Source: an uncultured Bacteroidales bacterium | GTDB taxonomy: Bacteria; Bacteroidota; Bacteroidia; Bacteroidales; P3 | DNA length: 64,000 nt | Assembly (NCBI GenBank): GCA_937901525.1 | Contig: CALDHX010000013.1 | Coordinates: forward strand, 1,515-65,514 | Reading direction: 5' to 3' | Part shown: piece after piece, positions 38,630 through 47,647 of the stretch | Position numbering within the stretch: position 1 is the first letter of the stretch | How the letters are laid out: every line of letters begins with the position of its first letter | Made by a program: the position numbers and the translations under genes | The notes under the pieces: generated by a model | Database searches by the model: none | The model's input: only the letters and a program-made list of their open reading frames with translations | What the model was told of the DNA's origin: nothing

Positions 38630-40693
38630 ATGATGAGAAAAAGATTAGTATTAAGTTTATTCGCATTAGTATTAGCATTTTCTAATATTTTTGCACAACA
38701 ACCTGCAAAATGGGATTTCAAAACAAAGAAAATCAATGATTCCATTTCTGAATTGATAATGCAATGCTCATTAAGTGGAGATTGGCATATTTATTCTCAA
38801 CACACAAAAGGAACTGAAAACCCAATAAAGTTTACTTTTGAAGAAAACGGAAAATATCAAGCAATAGGCAAGGTAAAAGAATCTCCAAAACCAATTGCAG
38901 AATATGATCCATTTGCAAAAGACACAACAAGATACTTTAAAAACAAAGTAACCTTTACACAAAGAATTAAAATAAAAAGCACAGAGGACTTCTCTGTAAA
39001 AGGAAATGTAGAATTTCAACTTTGTGAAAAAGGAAGCTGCATTCCACCCGATGATGTAGATTTTTCTTTCAATGTAAAAGGAAATCCAGCAGCAAATCAA
39101 GCAACAATAAACAACACAGAAGAAATAGCAAAAGCCACTGCAACAGAAACTCAAACCATATCAGAAGTTGAAAACAAAGAAGTAGAAAAAGAAGTTGCAA
39201 CAATAGAGCAAGCAAACGCAGAAGAAGCAACAGCACAAAAAGACAAATCAATGTGGGCTGCATTCTTTGTTTCATTTACAGCAGGATTATTAGCCTTAAT
39301 CACACCTTGCGTTTTCCCAATGATACCTATGACAATTTCATTCTTTATGAAAGGCAACACATCTAAACGTAAAGGAAGACAACAAGCCTTTTTCTTTGGA
39401 GGAAGCATCATCTTTATGTTTACAGTATTAGGTTTGATTCTATCTTGGGCACTTGGACCAAACGCAATGTACATAATCTCTACTCACTGGGTGCCAAATC
39501 TAATCTTCTTTGTAATATTTATGATATTCGCCTTCTCATTCTTTGGATTATTTGAACTAACAATGCCTTCAAAACTAATAAACAAATCAGACGAACAAGC
39601 AGACAAAGGCGGATACTTAGGAACATTCTTCATAGCATTAACAACTGTTTTAGTATCATTCTCTTGTACAGGTCCAATTCTTGGAGCAGCCTTAATAGAA
39701 ATGGCATCAGGTTCAAGCAATAGCTATGTATTCTTAATATCTATGATAGGATTTGCATTAGGATTTGCATTACCATTTACAATACTTGCAATGTTCCCAT
39801 CAATGCTAAAAAACATGAAATCAGGAGCATGGTTAAACACAGTAAAAATAGTATTCGGATTCATAGAAATAGCATTAGGATTGAAATTCCTTTCAATGGC
39901 AGACCTATCAGCAGGTTGGGGAATATTAGATAGAGAAACTTACCTTGCATTATGGATAGTTACATTTGCAATGTTAGGCTTCTACCTACTTGGAAAACTA
40001 AAATTCAAAGGCGATGCACCAGTTGAAAAAATTGGAGTACCACGTTTATTCCTTTCATTGATAGTATTCTCATTCGTAGTCTATATGATACCAGGCTTAT
40101 GGGGAGCACCATTGAAAGCAATTTCAGGATACATACCACCACAAACAACACAAGACTTTGACTTAATAAGAATAAATGCAGAAAATGCTTCTACCGTATC
40201 TACTAATACATCATCATTACCAGTAGATAGAAAATACGCAAAAGATCTTCACTTACCAACAGGATTTGAAGGCTTCTTTGACCTTGAAGAAGCAAAAGCA
40301 TACGCAAAACAAGTAGGAAAACCAATCTTCATAGACTTTACAGGAAAAACTTGTGCTAATTGTAGAGAAATGGAAAACTATGTTTGGGTAGACCCACAAG
40401 TAAAAAAACGTCTAACAGAAGAATACGTTATGGTAGCACTTTACGCAGATGTTAACACAATTGAATTACCTGAAAGCGAATGGGTAAAAACAAAAGACGG
40501 AAAAACAATAAAAACACTTGGAAAGAAAAACCATAACTACCAAATAGAACAATTCAACGCAAACGCACAACCATTATACGTTTTAATGGACGCAGATGGC
40601 AACCTACTTACAAAAGAACCAAAATCATACGACAGAGACATCAACAACTTTGTTAAGTTTCTTGATGAAGGTTTAGCAAACTTTAAAAAATAA
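38630..40693 (+). CDS. dsbD: Thiol:disulfide interchange protein DsbD-like (N-terminal periplasmic domain, CcdA-type TM core, C-terminal thioredoxin)
   Basis: TM-core motifs ITPCVFPMIPM and SCTGPILG, and C-terminal thioredoxin FIDFTGKTCANCREME. Confidence 0.85.
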   Translation: MMRKRLVLSLFALVLAFSNIFAQQPAKWDFKTKKINDSISELIMQCSLSGDWHIYSQHTKGTENPIKFTFEENGKYQAIGKVKESPKPIAEYDPFAKDTTRYFKNKVTFTQRIKIKSTEDFSVKGNVEFQLCEKGSCIPPDDVDFSFNVKGNPAANQATINNTEEIAKATATETQTISEVENKEVEKEVATIEQANAEEATAQKDKSMWAAFFVSFTAGLLALITPCVFPMIPMTISFFMKGNTSKRKGRQQAFFFGGSIIFMFTVLGLILSWALGPNAMYIISTHWVPNLIFFVIFMIFAFSFFGLFELTMPSKLINKSDEQADKGGYLGTFFIALTTVLVSFSCTGPILGAALIEMASGSSNSYVFLISMIGFALGFALPFTILAMFPSMLKNMKSGAWLNTVKIVFGFIEIALGLKFLSMADLSAGWGILDRETYLALWIVTFAMLGFYLLGKLKFKGDAPVEKIGVPRLFLSLIVFSFVVYMIPGLWGAPLKAISGYIPPQTTQDFDLIRINAENASTVSTNTSSLPVDRKYAKDLHLPTGFEGFFDLEEAKAYAKQVGKPIFIDFTGKTCANCREMENYVWVDPQVKKRLTEEYVMVALYADVNTIELPESEWVKTKDGKTIKTLGKKNHNYQIEQFNANAQPLYVLMDADGNLLTKEPKSYDRDINNFVKFLDEGLANFKK

Positions 40694-40713
40694 GAATAAG
40701 AAATAATCAACAC

Positions 40714-40748
40714 AAGAAGGGAAGTAATGCTTCCCTTCTTATTTTTTT
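40714..40748 (+). terminator. Rho-independent terminator of dsbD
   Basis: 11-bp stem aagaagggaag / cttcccttctt with a 5-nt loop, followed by ATTTTTTT. It lies inside the 5' extension of track ORF 40727. Confidence 0.75.
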
Positions 40749-40756
40749 ATAAAAAT

Positions 40757-41308
40757 ATGTTTGACTTCGTAAGCATAGACTTTGAAACAGCAGACAAATA
40801 CATACCCTGCTCACTTGGACTGACAGTAGTAGAAAACTCACAAATAGTTTGCACAAAAAATTGGTTAATAAAACCAATCTGTTTCCCCTATTTTCATTTC
40901 TACGCACAAAAAATACACGGCATACACAAAGAAGACGTAGAAAACAAACCAGAATTCAATCAACTATGGCACGAAATAGAACCATATCTTTACGACAAAA
41001 TCATAATAGCACACAACGCCTCATTTGACATAAACGTACTTAGAAAAACCCTTCTACACTACGGCATACCAAAACCAAAAGCAAGATACCTTTGTACCTA
41101 TCAACTCTCACGCATAGTATGGAAAGAATCCACAAAATTCTCATTAGACCACCTATGCAATCAAGAAAACATAGCACTAAATCACCACAAAGCAGAATCA
41201 GACGCAGAAGCCTGTGCAAGACTCTTTCTAAGAGAAGCCGAAATCTTAGAAGCAAATAATTTCTACGAATTAAAACAAAAAACAAAACTTAGACTAACAA
41301 GAGTATAA
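40757..41308 (+). CDS. DEDD-family 3'-5' exonuclease (DnaQ/epsilon-like)
   Basis: ExoI motif FVSIDFETAD, ExoII IIAHNASFDINVL, ExoIII HHKAESDAEA. Start moved to ATG 40757 because the dsbD terminator occupies 40714-40748. Confidence 0.82.
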   Translation: MFDFVSIDFETADKYIPCSLGLTVVENSQIVCTKNWLIKPICFPYFHFYAQKIHGIHKEDVENKPEFNQLWHEIEPYLYDKIIIAHNASFDINVLRKTLLHYGIPKPKARYLCTYQLSRIVWKESTKFSLDHLCNQENIALNHHKAESDAEACARLFLREAEILEANNFYELKQKTKLRLTRV

Positions 41309-41311
41309 GAC

Positions 41312-42208
41312 CTATTTACTCCCTATCTTTTTAATCTTATCTTGCAAAACAATCAAAAGAACCGAAATCAAAATAAGAACAATTCCACAAGCAAGATTCA
41401 AAGTAAAGACCTCATTAAAAACAAAAACCCCTATCACCACCGCAGTCAAAGGTTCCAAAGCCCCCATAATAGAAGTAGGCGTTGAACCAAGAATTTTCAC
41501 AGCAATATTCATCAAACACAAAGACATAATAGTAGTAACCACAGAAAGCAAAAGAATATAAACAACCTGATTAAGATTAGTTATCGGTTGAATATAAAAA
41601 TCCTTATTTGTAAAAGAGAACAATCCCACACAAACAAGACAAAACATCAAAGCATAAAAAGTAAGTTTAAAAGTAGAAAAACAAAGAGAAGACTTATTGA
41701 CCACAATCATATACAAAGCATAGCTCAAAGCAGAAAGCAAAACAAGAATCACACCCGTAGTATTCAACACCATACCCTCACCCGAATAATACAATAAACA
41801 AACCCCGCCAAAAGCCAACGCAATAGAAAAGACAACCGCAGGAGTAATCCTTTCCTTAAAAAACACAGCCATTATCAAAGCCACCATAATAGGGTGAGTA
41901 AAAAGCAAAGTAGAAGCCACACCCGCAGGCATATAAAGAAAACTCATAAACAAAGAAAGCGAAGAAATAGCAAACAAAACACCCAAAGAAGCCAAGACAA
42001 GCACTTGCTTTTTGTTTACCTTAAAAGAAATCCTTTTTGCCATCATTATACAAGCGAGAATAATCACAGCAAAACCAAACCTATAAAACAAAACAGAAGT
42101 AGTACTCATTCCCTCCTGATAGAGATTCAACGCTCCAAGAGGATTCATTCCATAACATATTGCGGACAATATTCCACAAACAATTCCCTTTGCCTTTTCC
42201 GATTTCAT
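41312..42208 (-). CDS. DMT-superfamily (EamA-type) transporter
   Basis: 298 aa, 10 predicted TM helices in two EamA-like halves. Confidence 0.8.
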   Translation of the reverse strand: MKSEKAKGIVCGILSAICYGMNPLGALNLYQEGMSTTSVLFYRFGFAVIILACIMMAKRISFKVNKKQVLVLASLGVLFAISSLSLFMSFLYMPAGVASTLLFTHPIMVALIMAVFFKERITPAVVFSIALAFGGVCLLYYSGEGMVLNTTGVILVLLSALSYALYMIVVNKSSLCFSTFKLTFYALMFCLVCVGLFSFTNKDFYIQPITNLNQVVYILLLSVVTTIMSLCLMNIAVKILGSTPTSIMGALEPLTAVVIGVFVFNEVFTLNLACGIVLILISVLLIVLQDKIKKIGSK

Positions 42209-42261
42209 AAACCTTTAAAAATGCAAAAGGGCTTCAAGACTTGAAATCTTAAAACCCTTTG

Positions 42262-42335
42262 CGGTCCGGACGAGACTCGAACTCGCGACCCCATGCGTGA
42301 CAGGCATGTATTCTAACCAACTGAACTACCGGACC
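42262..42335 (-). tRNA. tRNA-Asp (anticodon GTC)
   Basis: The reverse complement folds as GGTCCGG-TA-GTTC..GAAT-A-CATGC-CTGTCAC-GCATG-GGGTC-GCGAG-TTCGAGT-CTCGT-CCGGACC-G. Confidence 0.9.
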
Positions 42336-42374
42336 AACTTTCGCTTTACTGAGTTATTCCCTCATTTGCGATTG

Positions 42375-42382
42375 CAAAGATA
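42375..42382 (-). promoter_or_regulatory. -7 box TATCTTTG (minus strand) for tRNA-Asp. The -33 TTTG is at 42402-42405.
   Basis: caaagata 40 nt upstream of the tRNA 5' end. G-to-G spacing to the -33 box is 27 nt. Confidence 0.65.
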
Positions 42383-42465
42383 CAACCTTTTTTTGAACTA
42401 CCAAACATTTTTTGCATTTTTTTTATTTTTTTCTTGAAAAATTTGTGTAATCTATTGTTTTATTG

Positions 42466-42473
42466 TACTTTTG
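42466..42473 (+). promoter_or_regulatory. -7 box TACTTTTG for ssrA. The -33 TTTG is at 42442-42445.
   Basis: Exact TAnnTTTG 17 nt upstream of the tmRNA 5' end. The -33 box is 28 nt upstream (G-to-G). Confidence 0.65.
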
Positions 42474-42489
42474 CAAACGAATTAATTAA

Positions 42490-42886
42490 GGGCCTGGGTT
42501 GGTTTTGACAGCAAGGCAAATGATTAAGTAAGCATGCAGGCTAAGGTAACACAAGCCTCAACCAGAGTTACAAAACAATAATTGGCGAAAATAACTACGC
42601 TCTTGCAGCTTAGTCGAAGTATAGTAGACTACATTTGCGAATCGGTGTAAAGTACATCGAGCAAGACATCTCTCCAAGACCTTTTTTCCGTGGTTAAGGA
42701 CTAAGAGGTGCTAGCAAAACGGAAATAACCTTAATGGAGCTTTGACATTAGGGTGAAAATTTAAAAGATAAGGTTAAAGCAGGGTGTTTGTCCCTTAGCT
42801 TTTTCACGAAAATGAAGGACAAAATAAGCATGTAGAAAGCTTAGTTGTTTCTTGTTTGGACCAGAGTTCGAATCTCTGCAGGTCCA
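42490..42886 (+). ncRNA. ssrA: tmRNA (SsrA), tag reading frame 42584-42613 encoding GENNYALAA-stop
   Basis: 5' GGGCCTG pairs with 3' CAGGTCC-A, including the G3:U70 alanine identity pair. Also GGTTTTGACAGC near the 5' end, a T-arm-like GGACCAGAGTTCGAATCTCTG, and the in-frame ggc gaa aat aac tac gct ctt gca gct tag. Confidence 0.92.
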
Positions 42887-42900
42887 CTCTTTAAAACAAA

Positions 42901-42951
42901 AAAATATCTCTTAGGTTTGGTAAATCCTTCCTAAGAGATATTTTGTTTTTT
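42901..42951. terminator. Terminator after ssrA, bidirectional with the convergent OMP gene
   Basis: 15-bp arms aaaatatctcttagg / cctaagagatatttt with a 14-nt loop, followed by GTTTTTT. Confidence 0.75.
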
Positions 42952-42986
42952 CTTTGTTTTATTTTAAATATCTTTCTTCTCTTTCT

Positions 42987-43691
42987 TTAAAAGAATATAG
43001 ATACTCCGAACATAAGGCGATTTATTCCTTCATCAAAGCTATTAGAGAAATCATGACCAATAACTGAATGAACATATTTGTAATTTGTATTTCCTAATAA
43101 AGGCAAGAAATAAGATACATTTAATTGAAATCTATGTTTTGCTTTAATTTCTATTCCTGCTCTTAGTGCAAAATCAAGTGTTAATGGATTTTCAAAACTT
43201 AAATATTCTGTGTTAGAAATAACTGTATTGTATTCTGGAAGAGGTGTTTCAATGTGATATAGTTCTTTTTCTTTTGTTAAGTAGAATGAGGCATTTGCTC
43301 CTGCTGCTGCAAGAAAATTAACGTTTTGTGTGATAGGCAATCTATAATTTACAAGTATAGGAAGACTTAATGTATGAATAGAGTAATTGTCTTCTATACT
43401 TGATATTGGGTTATTAATAGTTAATAAATGATTTGTATATCCTGGCTCTGCGGTTAATGAAAAGGTATTCTTCTTGTTTAACATGTATTCGTATTTGAAT
43501 GCAATATCAAATGCAACTGCACTTTTCAAATCGGTAACACCACGATCTATTACTTCAACATAGTCTTTTCCCATTGGAAAACTTCCAAAATCTAAGCTAA
43601 GACCGAAATTGTGTTTTTTCAAATCTTCTTGTTGTGCAAACATTGTGCAACACAACATAATTCCTACAAGTGTTAAAAATGTCTTTTTCAT
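42987..43691 (-). CDS. Small outer-membrane beta-barrel (porin-family) protein
   Basis: Signal peptide, alternating hydrophobic beta-strand pattern, C-terminal ...FGVSIFF, 234 aa. Confidence 0.7.
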   Translation of the reverse strand: MKKTFLTLVGIMLCCTMFAQQEDLKKHNFGLSLDFGSFPMGKDYVEVIDRGVTDLKSAVAFDIAFKYEYMLNKKNTFSLTAEPGYTNHLLTINNPISSIEDNYSIHTLSLPILVNYRLPITQNVNFLAAAGANASFYLTKEKELYHIETPLPEYNTVISNTEYLSFENPLTLDFALRAGIEIKAKHRFQLNVSYFLPLLGNTNYKYVHSVIGHDFSNSFDEGINRLMFGVSIFF

Positions 43692-43935
43692 ACTTTTATT
43701 TTTAAAAAATTAATAATTCATGTCAAATTCTATCGTTCTACTATTATTGCATTTTACTTTTGTTTTATAATTTGTTTCTTCACATGCCACAAATGGCAAC
43801 ATAAGCATTAAATGCTAAACGTTTTACTATTCTTTTTATTGTTATTTTCAAGATTCTTTAAAAGAGTTACAGAAATAAGTCCAAGTAAATCAAGAAAATA
43901 GAATTACGAAAAAAAGTCTTTGTTTTTTTCTTTTT

Positions 43936-43977
43936 TTTCTTTGATTTTTTTAATTTTTTCTTTGATTTTTTTTGAAA
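43936..43977. repeat. Two 21-nt-phased TTTCTTTGA units, bracketed by a 13-bp inverted repeat (43909-43921 / 43982-43994)
   Basis: c of CTTTGA at 43939 and 43960. The inverted repeat is aaaaaaagtcttt / aaagacttttttt. Confidence 0.8.
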
Positions 43978-44014
43978 AAGTAAAGACTTTTTTTTGAGCT
44001 TTCTTTACTTTATT

Positions 44015-44338
44015 TTAATGAACCATTTTTAAGCCAATAATTGACGCAATAAGTGTAAAGGTAAACAAAAGTCTAAGAAAAGAAGCCGGCTCTTTGAAGA
44101 TAAAAATCCCTATTAACACTGCTCCAACTGCTCCTATTCCCGTCCAAACAGGGTAAGCCGTTCCGATAGGTATTGTTTTTGTTGCCTTAGTTAGAAGAAT
44201 CATACTCAGAATATAAAACATCACAAATGCTGCATACCATAAAGTTGCTTTATTTCCCGAAGCGAGATTGCCTTTTCCAAGACAAAAGGTGAAAAATGTT
44301 TCACACAAACCTGCTAAAATCAAGATTACCCAATTCAT
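44015..44338 (-). CDS. sugE: SMR-family small multidrug/quaternary-ammonium efflux protein (SugE-like)
   Basis: 107-aa four-TM protein with the essential Glu in TM1 (LAGLCETFFTF). Start set at MNWVILI because a -7 box (TATTTTTG, 44373-44380) lies inside the track ORF extension. Confidence 0.85.
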   Translation of the reverse strand: MNWVILILAGLCETFFTFCLGKGNLASGNKATLWYAAFVMFYILSMILLTKATKTIPIGTAYPVWTGIGAVGAVLIGIFIFKEPASFLRLLFTFTLIASIIGLKMVH

Positions 44339-44406
44339 TTCTATTAAATCCGTTTTTTTTATTAAGAGAATGCAAAAATACAAAATTGTTTTTAATTATT
44401 TTTTCT

Positions 44407-44414
44407 TAACTTTG
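44407..44414 (+). promoter_or_regulatory. -7 box TAACTTTG for the PatB/MalY-like gene
   Basis: Exact TAnnTTTG ending 4 nt before the ATG at 44419, implying an essentially leaderless mRNA. Confidence 0.45.
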
Positions 44415-44418
44415 CCGT

Positions 44419-45606
44419 ATGGAAAAACAATATAACTTTGACCAAAACATAGAAAGAAGACATTCTGACTGTGTAAAATATGACTCTCTTCCCGATACTT
44501 ACGGAAGAGATGACCTATTGCCTTTATGGGTTGCTGATATGGATTTTCGCTCTCCTGATTTTGTTATGGAGGCTATAAGAAAACGTTGCGAGCATGAGGT
44601 ACTTGGCTATGGCAATCCTTCAAAAAATTATTGGAATGCTGTAATCAATTGGCTGGACAGAAGATATAATATCTCTTGTCAAAGAAACGATTTGCATTTT
44701 ATTCCGGGTATTGTAGCAGGTATTTCGTTTGCTTTGCTTTCTCTTACAAAAGAGGGCGATAAAATCTTGGTTACAACTCCTGTTTATCCGCCTTTTGTCA
44801 ATCTTCCTCAGTCTTGCAATCGCACTTTGGTGTGTAGCAACCTAAAAATAGAGAATGGCCGTTTTCTTATCGACTTTGAGGATTTTGAAAAAAAGATTGA
44901 TGGTTGCAAACTCTTTATTATGAGTAATCCTCACAACCCTGCGGGAACAATTTGGGGAAAAGAAACCTTGGAAAGAATAGCCGAAATCTGCCAAAGAAAG
45001 AATGTAATAGTTATTAGCGATGAAATTCACGCCGATTTAACGCTTAATGGCAACAAACACGTGAGTTATAGCACGGTTTCTAAGCATGCCTTTGAACATA
45101 GCATAACTTTTATGGCTCCAAGCAAGACTTTTAACATTGCAGGCTTAGGAAGTTCGGTTTGTTACATTGGAAACGAGTCGCTTCGCAAACAATACTTTGG
45201 TTGGATTGATGCAATGGGTGTGGCATACGGCAATATTTTTGCTTACACTGCGGCAGAGGCTGCTTTTTCTTATGGAGAGGATTGGCTAAATCAAATGCTT
45301 GAATATTTGAAATCTAATATCGCTTTGCTTGAAAGCTTTGTTAAGGAGAATCTTCCAAAGGTAAAAATGGTTCTTCCTGAGGCTTCTTTCTTGGCGTGGT
45401 TGGATTTTAGCAATTATAACAAATCTCACAAAGAATTAGCTGAATTATTTATCAATAAAGCCGGGGTTGTGTTGAACGATGGCACTACTTTTGCTCCAAA
45501 ATCAATAAATTCACAATACAATTGTTGCTTCCGCATCAATTTAGGCTGTCCTCGTGCAACTTTACTTGAAGCTTTGCAACGTATTGCTAATAGTTTGAAA
45601 GATTGA
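44419..45606 (+). CDS. PatB/MalY-family PLP-dependent C-S lyase (cystathionine beta-lyase-like)
   Basis: Class I/II aminotransferase fold with LWVADMDF, NPHNPAG and the PLP lysine context APSKTFNIAG. Confidence 0.85.
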   Translation: MEKQYNFDQNIERRHSDCVKYDSLPDTYGRDDLLPLWVADMDFRSPDFVMEAIRKRCEHEVLGYGNPSKNYWNAVINWLDRRYNISCQRNDLHFIPGIVAGISFALLSLTKEGDKILVTTPVYPPFVNLPQSCNRTLVCSNLKIENGRFLIDFEDFEKKIDGCKLFIMSNPHNPAGTIWGKETLERIAEICQRKNVIVISDEIHADLTLNGNKHVSYSTVSKHAFEHSITFMAPSKTFNIAGLGSSVCYIGNESLRKQYFGWIDAMGVAYGNIFAYTAAEAAFSYGEDWLNQMLEYLKSNIALLESFVKENLPKVKMVLPEASFLAWLDFSNYNKSHKELAELFINKAGVVLNDGTTFAPKSINSQYNCCFRINLGCPRATLLEALQRIANSLKD

Positions 45607-45668
45607 TATTGTTTTCAGGTTGTAGAAATAAAAAATGCAAAAATTTTTGCAGATTTAAAAAAAAGCAG

Positions 45669-45676
45669 TATCTTTG
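45669..45676 (+). promoter_or_regulatory. -7 box TATCTTTG for tRNA-Cys. The -33 TTTG is at 45646-45649.
   Basis: Exact TAnnTTTG 20 nt upstream of the tRNA. G-to-G spacing to the -33 box is 27 nt. Confidence 0.65.
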
Positions 45677-45695
45677 CAACCTGAAAACGAGATAA

Positions 45696-45766
45696 GGTCT
45701 CTTGGCCGAGTGGCTAGGCACCGGTCTGCAAAACCGTCTACTCCAGTTCGAATCTGGAAGAGACCT
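45696..45766 (+). tRNA. tRNA-Cys (anticodon GCA)
   Basis: Acceptor GGTCTCT/AGAGACC, anticodon loop CTGCAAA, T arm TCCAG-TTCGAAT-CTGGA, discriminator T (U73, as expected for Cys). There is one C-U mismatch at 27:43. Confidence 0.85.
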
Positions 45767-45772
45767 CAAAAG

Positions 45773-45805
45773 AAAAAGGTTACTTAAAATTAAGTAACCT
45801 TTTTT
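45773..45805. terminator. Bidirectional terminator between tRNA-Cys and the convergent ABC transporter gene
   Basis: 14-bp arms aaaaaggttactta / taagtaaccttttt with a 4-nt loop. Confidence 0.75.
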
Positions 45806-45810
45806 ATTTT

Positions 45811-47634
45811 TTATACATCTAAGCTTTGCATATTCACAAGGCGAGAATATATGCCTCCTTTTTCTAAAAGTTCTTTGTGATTGCCACTTTCTACAATTTT
45901 TCCTTTATCCATAACCAAAATAACATCAGCATTCATTATCGTTGTCAAACGATGTGCTATCACAACCGAAGTCCTATTTTTCATTAACTGTGTTAGGGCT
46001 TGCTGAACTTCGTGTTCGTTTTGCGTATCTAAGGCAGAAGTAGCTTCATCTAAAAGAAGAATTTCGGGATTCTTCAACACAGCTCTTGCAATACAGAGTC
46101 TTTGTCTTTCTCCTCCTGAAAGACTCAGTCCTCTATCGCTTAGGTGTGAGTAATATCCTTTTTCCATTTTGGAAATGAAAGAATCGGCATTTGCAATCTT
46201 TGCTGCGGCAACTACTTCTTGCATTGTAGCCGAAGGATTGCCAAAAGCAATGTTTTTAAATATTGTGTCGTTGAAAAGAATTGCCTCTTGTGTAACAATT
46301 CCTATTTTATCTCTTAAAGAAGATATTGACAATTGTTTGATATTTATGCCATCAAAAAGAATTTCTCCTGAACTTACGTCTGCAAAACGTGAAATTAAAT
46401 CAAGTAGTGTTGATTTTCCTGCACCAGATTCTCCAACTAAGGCTACAACTTGTCCTTTTTTTATTGTAAGATTTATATCTTTTAATACGTTTTCTGAACT
46501 ATTTTCATAGGAAAAGAAGACATTGCGAAATTCTATCTTGTCTTTAAACTCGTTTACTTGCAAAGGAGTTTCTACTTCTGTGATTTTTTCTTCTGCATCA
46601 AGGATTTCATAAATTCTTATTGCTGCTGCATCTCCTTTTTGCATATTATAATAGGCTGTTGAAAGCTCTTGCAAAGGAGAAATTACTTTTGCAAAAATCA
46701 AAGTAAAGCCTATCAGAATTGCTGCTGACATTTTGCCTGCTAAGACTAATTCTCCTCCAAACAAAACTACAGCTACAAGCACAAATATTGCTAAAAATTC
46801 TGTTAAAGGTGAGGCTAATTCTTTTCTTCTAAATATTTTAGTCATCACCTTGGTGTAATAGTCGTTTGATTGCGAGAATTTCTCTTTTGTTACCTTTTCT
46901 GCTCCGTATGATTTTATAGCTCTAAGTCCTCCAAGCGTCTCTTCGCATTGCGACATTAAAACTCCCATTTCTTTTTGTCCTTTAATGGAGTTACGTTTTA
47001 AGCTATTGCCTATTTTCTTTATTAAAAAATATGCAATAGGTAAGACCACAACAATAAATAAGACCAATTGCCAAGATGCAATTATGAGTGCTGAGAAGAA
47101 AACCAAAACCATAATGGAATCTTTCACCAACATCTGCAAACTACTCACTACACTCCATTCTATATCGGCTAAGTCGGAGGTTAATCTCGACATAATATCG
47201 CCTTTTTTCTTGTCTGAAAAAAAGCTAAGTGGTAGAATACATATTTTTTTGTAAACATCGTTTCTCAAATCGTTTACAAGTCCATTGCGAATAGGCACAA
47301 TAAAATACATTCCTAAATAACGGAAAAGTGCAGAAAAGAAAATGCAAACAATATATACTACTCCTATTGCTATCAAACAAGGATATATGCCATAGATTTC
47401 TTTGTAAGCATTTAAGTGAAAAGAGAAATAATCCATCAAAGCGTCTTTGTCAAGACTTAATTCCGGACATTGCAAAGGTGCTTCTATGACTCCGAATAAT
47501 ACCGAAATGAATGGAATTATCATTACAAAGGAAAAAAGCGAAAAGAAAACGTATATAAGGTTTGAAACTACGTTTAAAACTATGTCTTTCTTATAGTTCA
47601 AAATATATTTAAAAACCCTAAATACGTTTTTCAT
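45811..47634 (-). CDS. ABC exporter, fused permease-ATPase (MsbA-like lipid/multidrug type)
   Basis: Six-TM N-terminal domain, Walker A GESGAGKST, signature LSGGERQRLCIARA, Walker B ILLLDEATSALD. Confidence 0.9.
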   Translation of the reverse strand: MKNVFRVFKYILNYKKDIVLNVVSNLIYVFFSLFSFVMIIPFISVLFGVIEAPLQCPELSLDKDALMDYFSFHLNAYKEIYGIYPCLIAIGVVYIVCIFFSALFRYLGMYFIVPIRNGLVNDLRNDVYKKICILPLSFFSDKKKGDIMSRLTSDLADIEWSVVSSLQMLVKDSIMVLVFFSALIIASWQLVLFIVVVLPIAYFLIKKIGNSLKRNSIKGQKEMGVLMSQCEETLGGLRAIKSYGAEKVTKEKFSQSNDYYTKVMTKIFRRKELASPLTEFLAIFVLVAVVLFGGELVLAGKMSAAILIGFTLIFAKVISPLQELSTAYYNMQKGDAAAIRIYEILDAEEKITEVETPLQVNEFKDKIEFRNVFFSYENSSENVLKDINLTIKKGQVVALVGESGAGKSTLLDLISRFADVSSGEILFDGINIKQLSISSLRDKIGIVTQEAILFNDTIFKNIAFGNPSATMQEVVAAAKIANADSFISKMEKGYYSHLSDRGLSLSGGERQRLCIARAVLKNPEILLLDEATSALDTQNEHEVQQALTQLMKNRTSVVIAHRLTTIMNADVILVMDKGKIVESGNHKELLEKGGIYSRLVNMQSLDV

Positions 47635-47647
47635 TGCTTTCTTATTT

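Noticed and set aside
42887-45695. A genomic island might be integrated at the 3' end of ssrA, since tmRNA and tRNA genes are common att sites and tRNA-Cys lies 2.8 kb downstream.
   Set aside because: There is no integrase and no duplicated copy of the tmRNA 3' end downstream. The only shared string is the generic TTCGAATC of T-arms. The content is three ordinary genes (OM barrel, SMR pump, C-S lyase).
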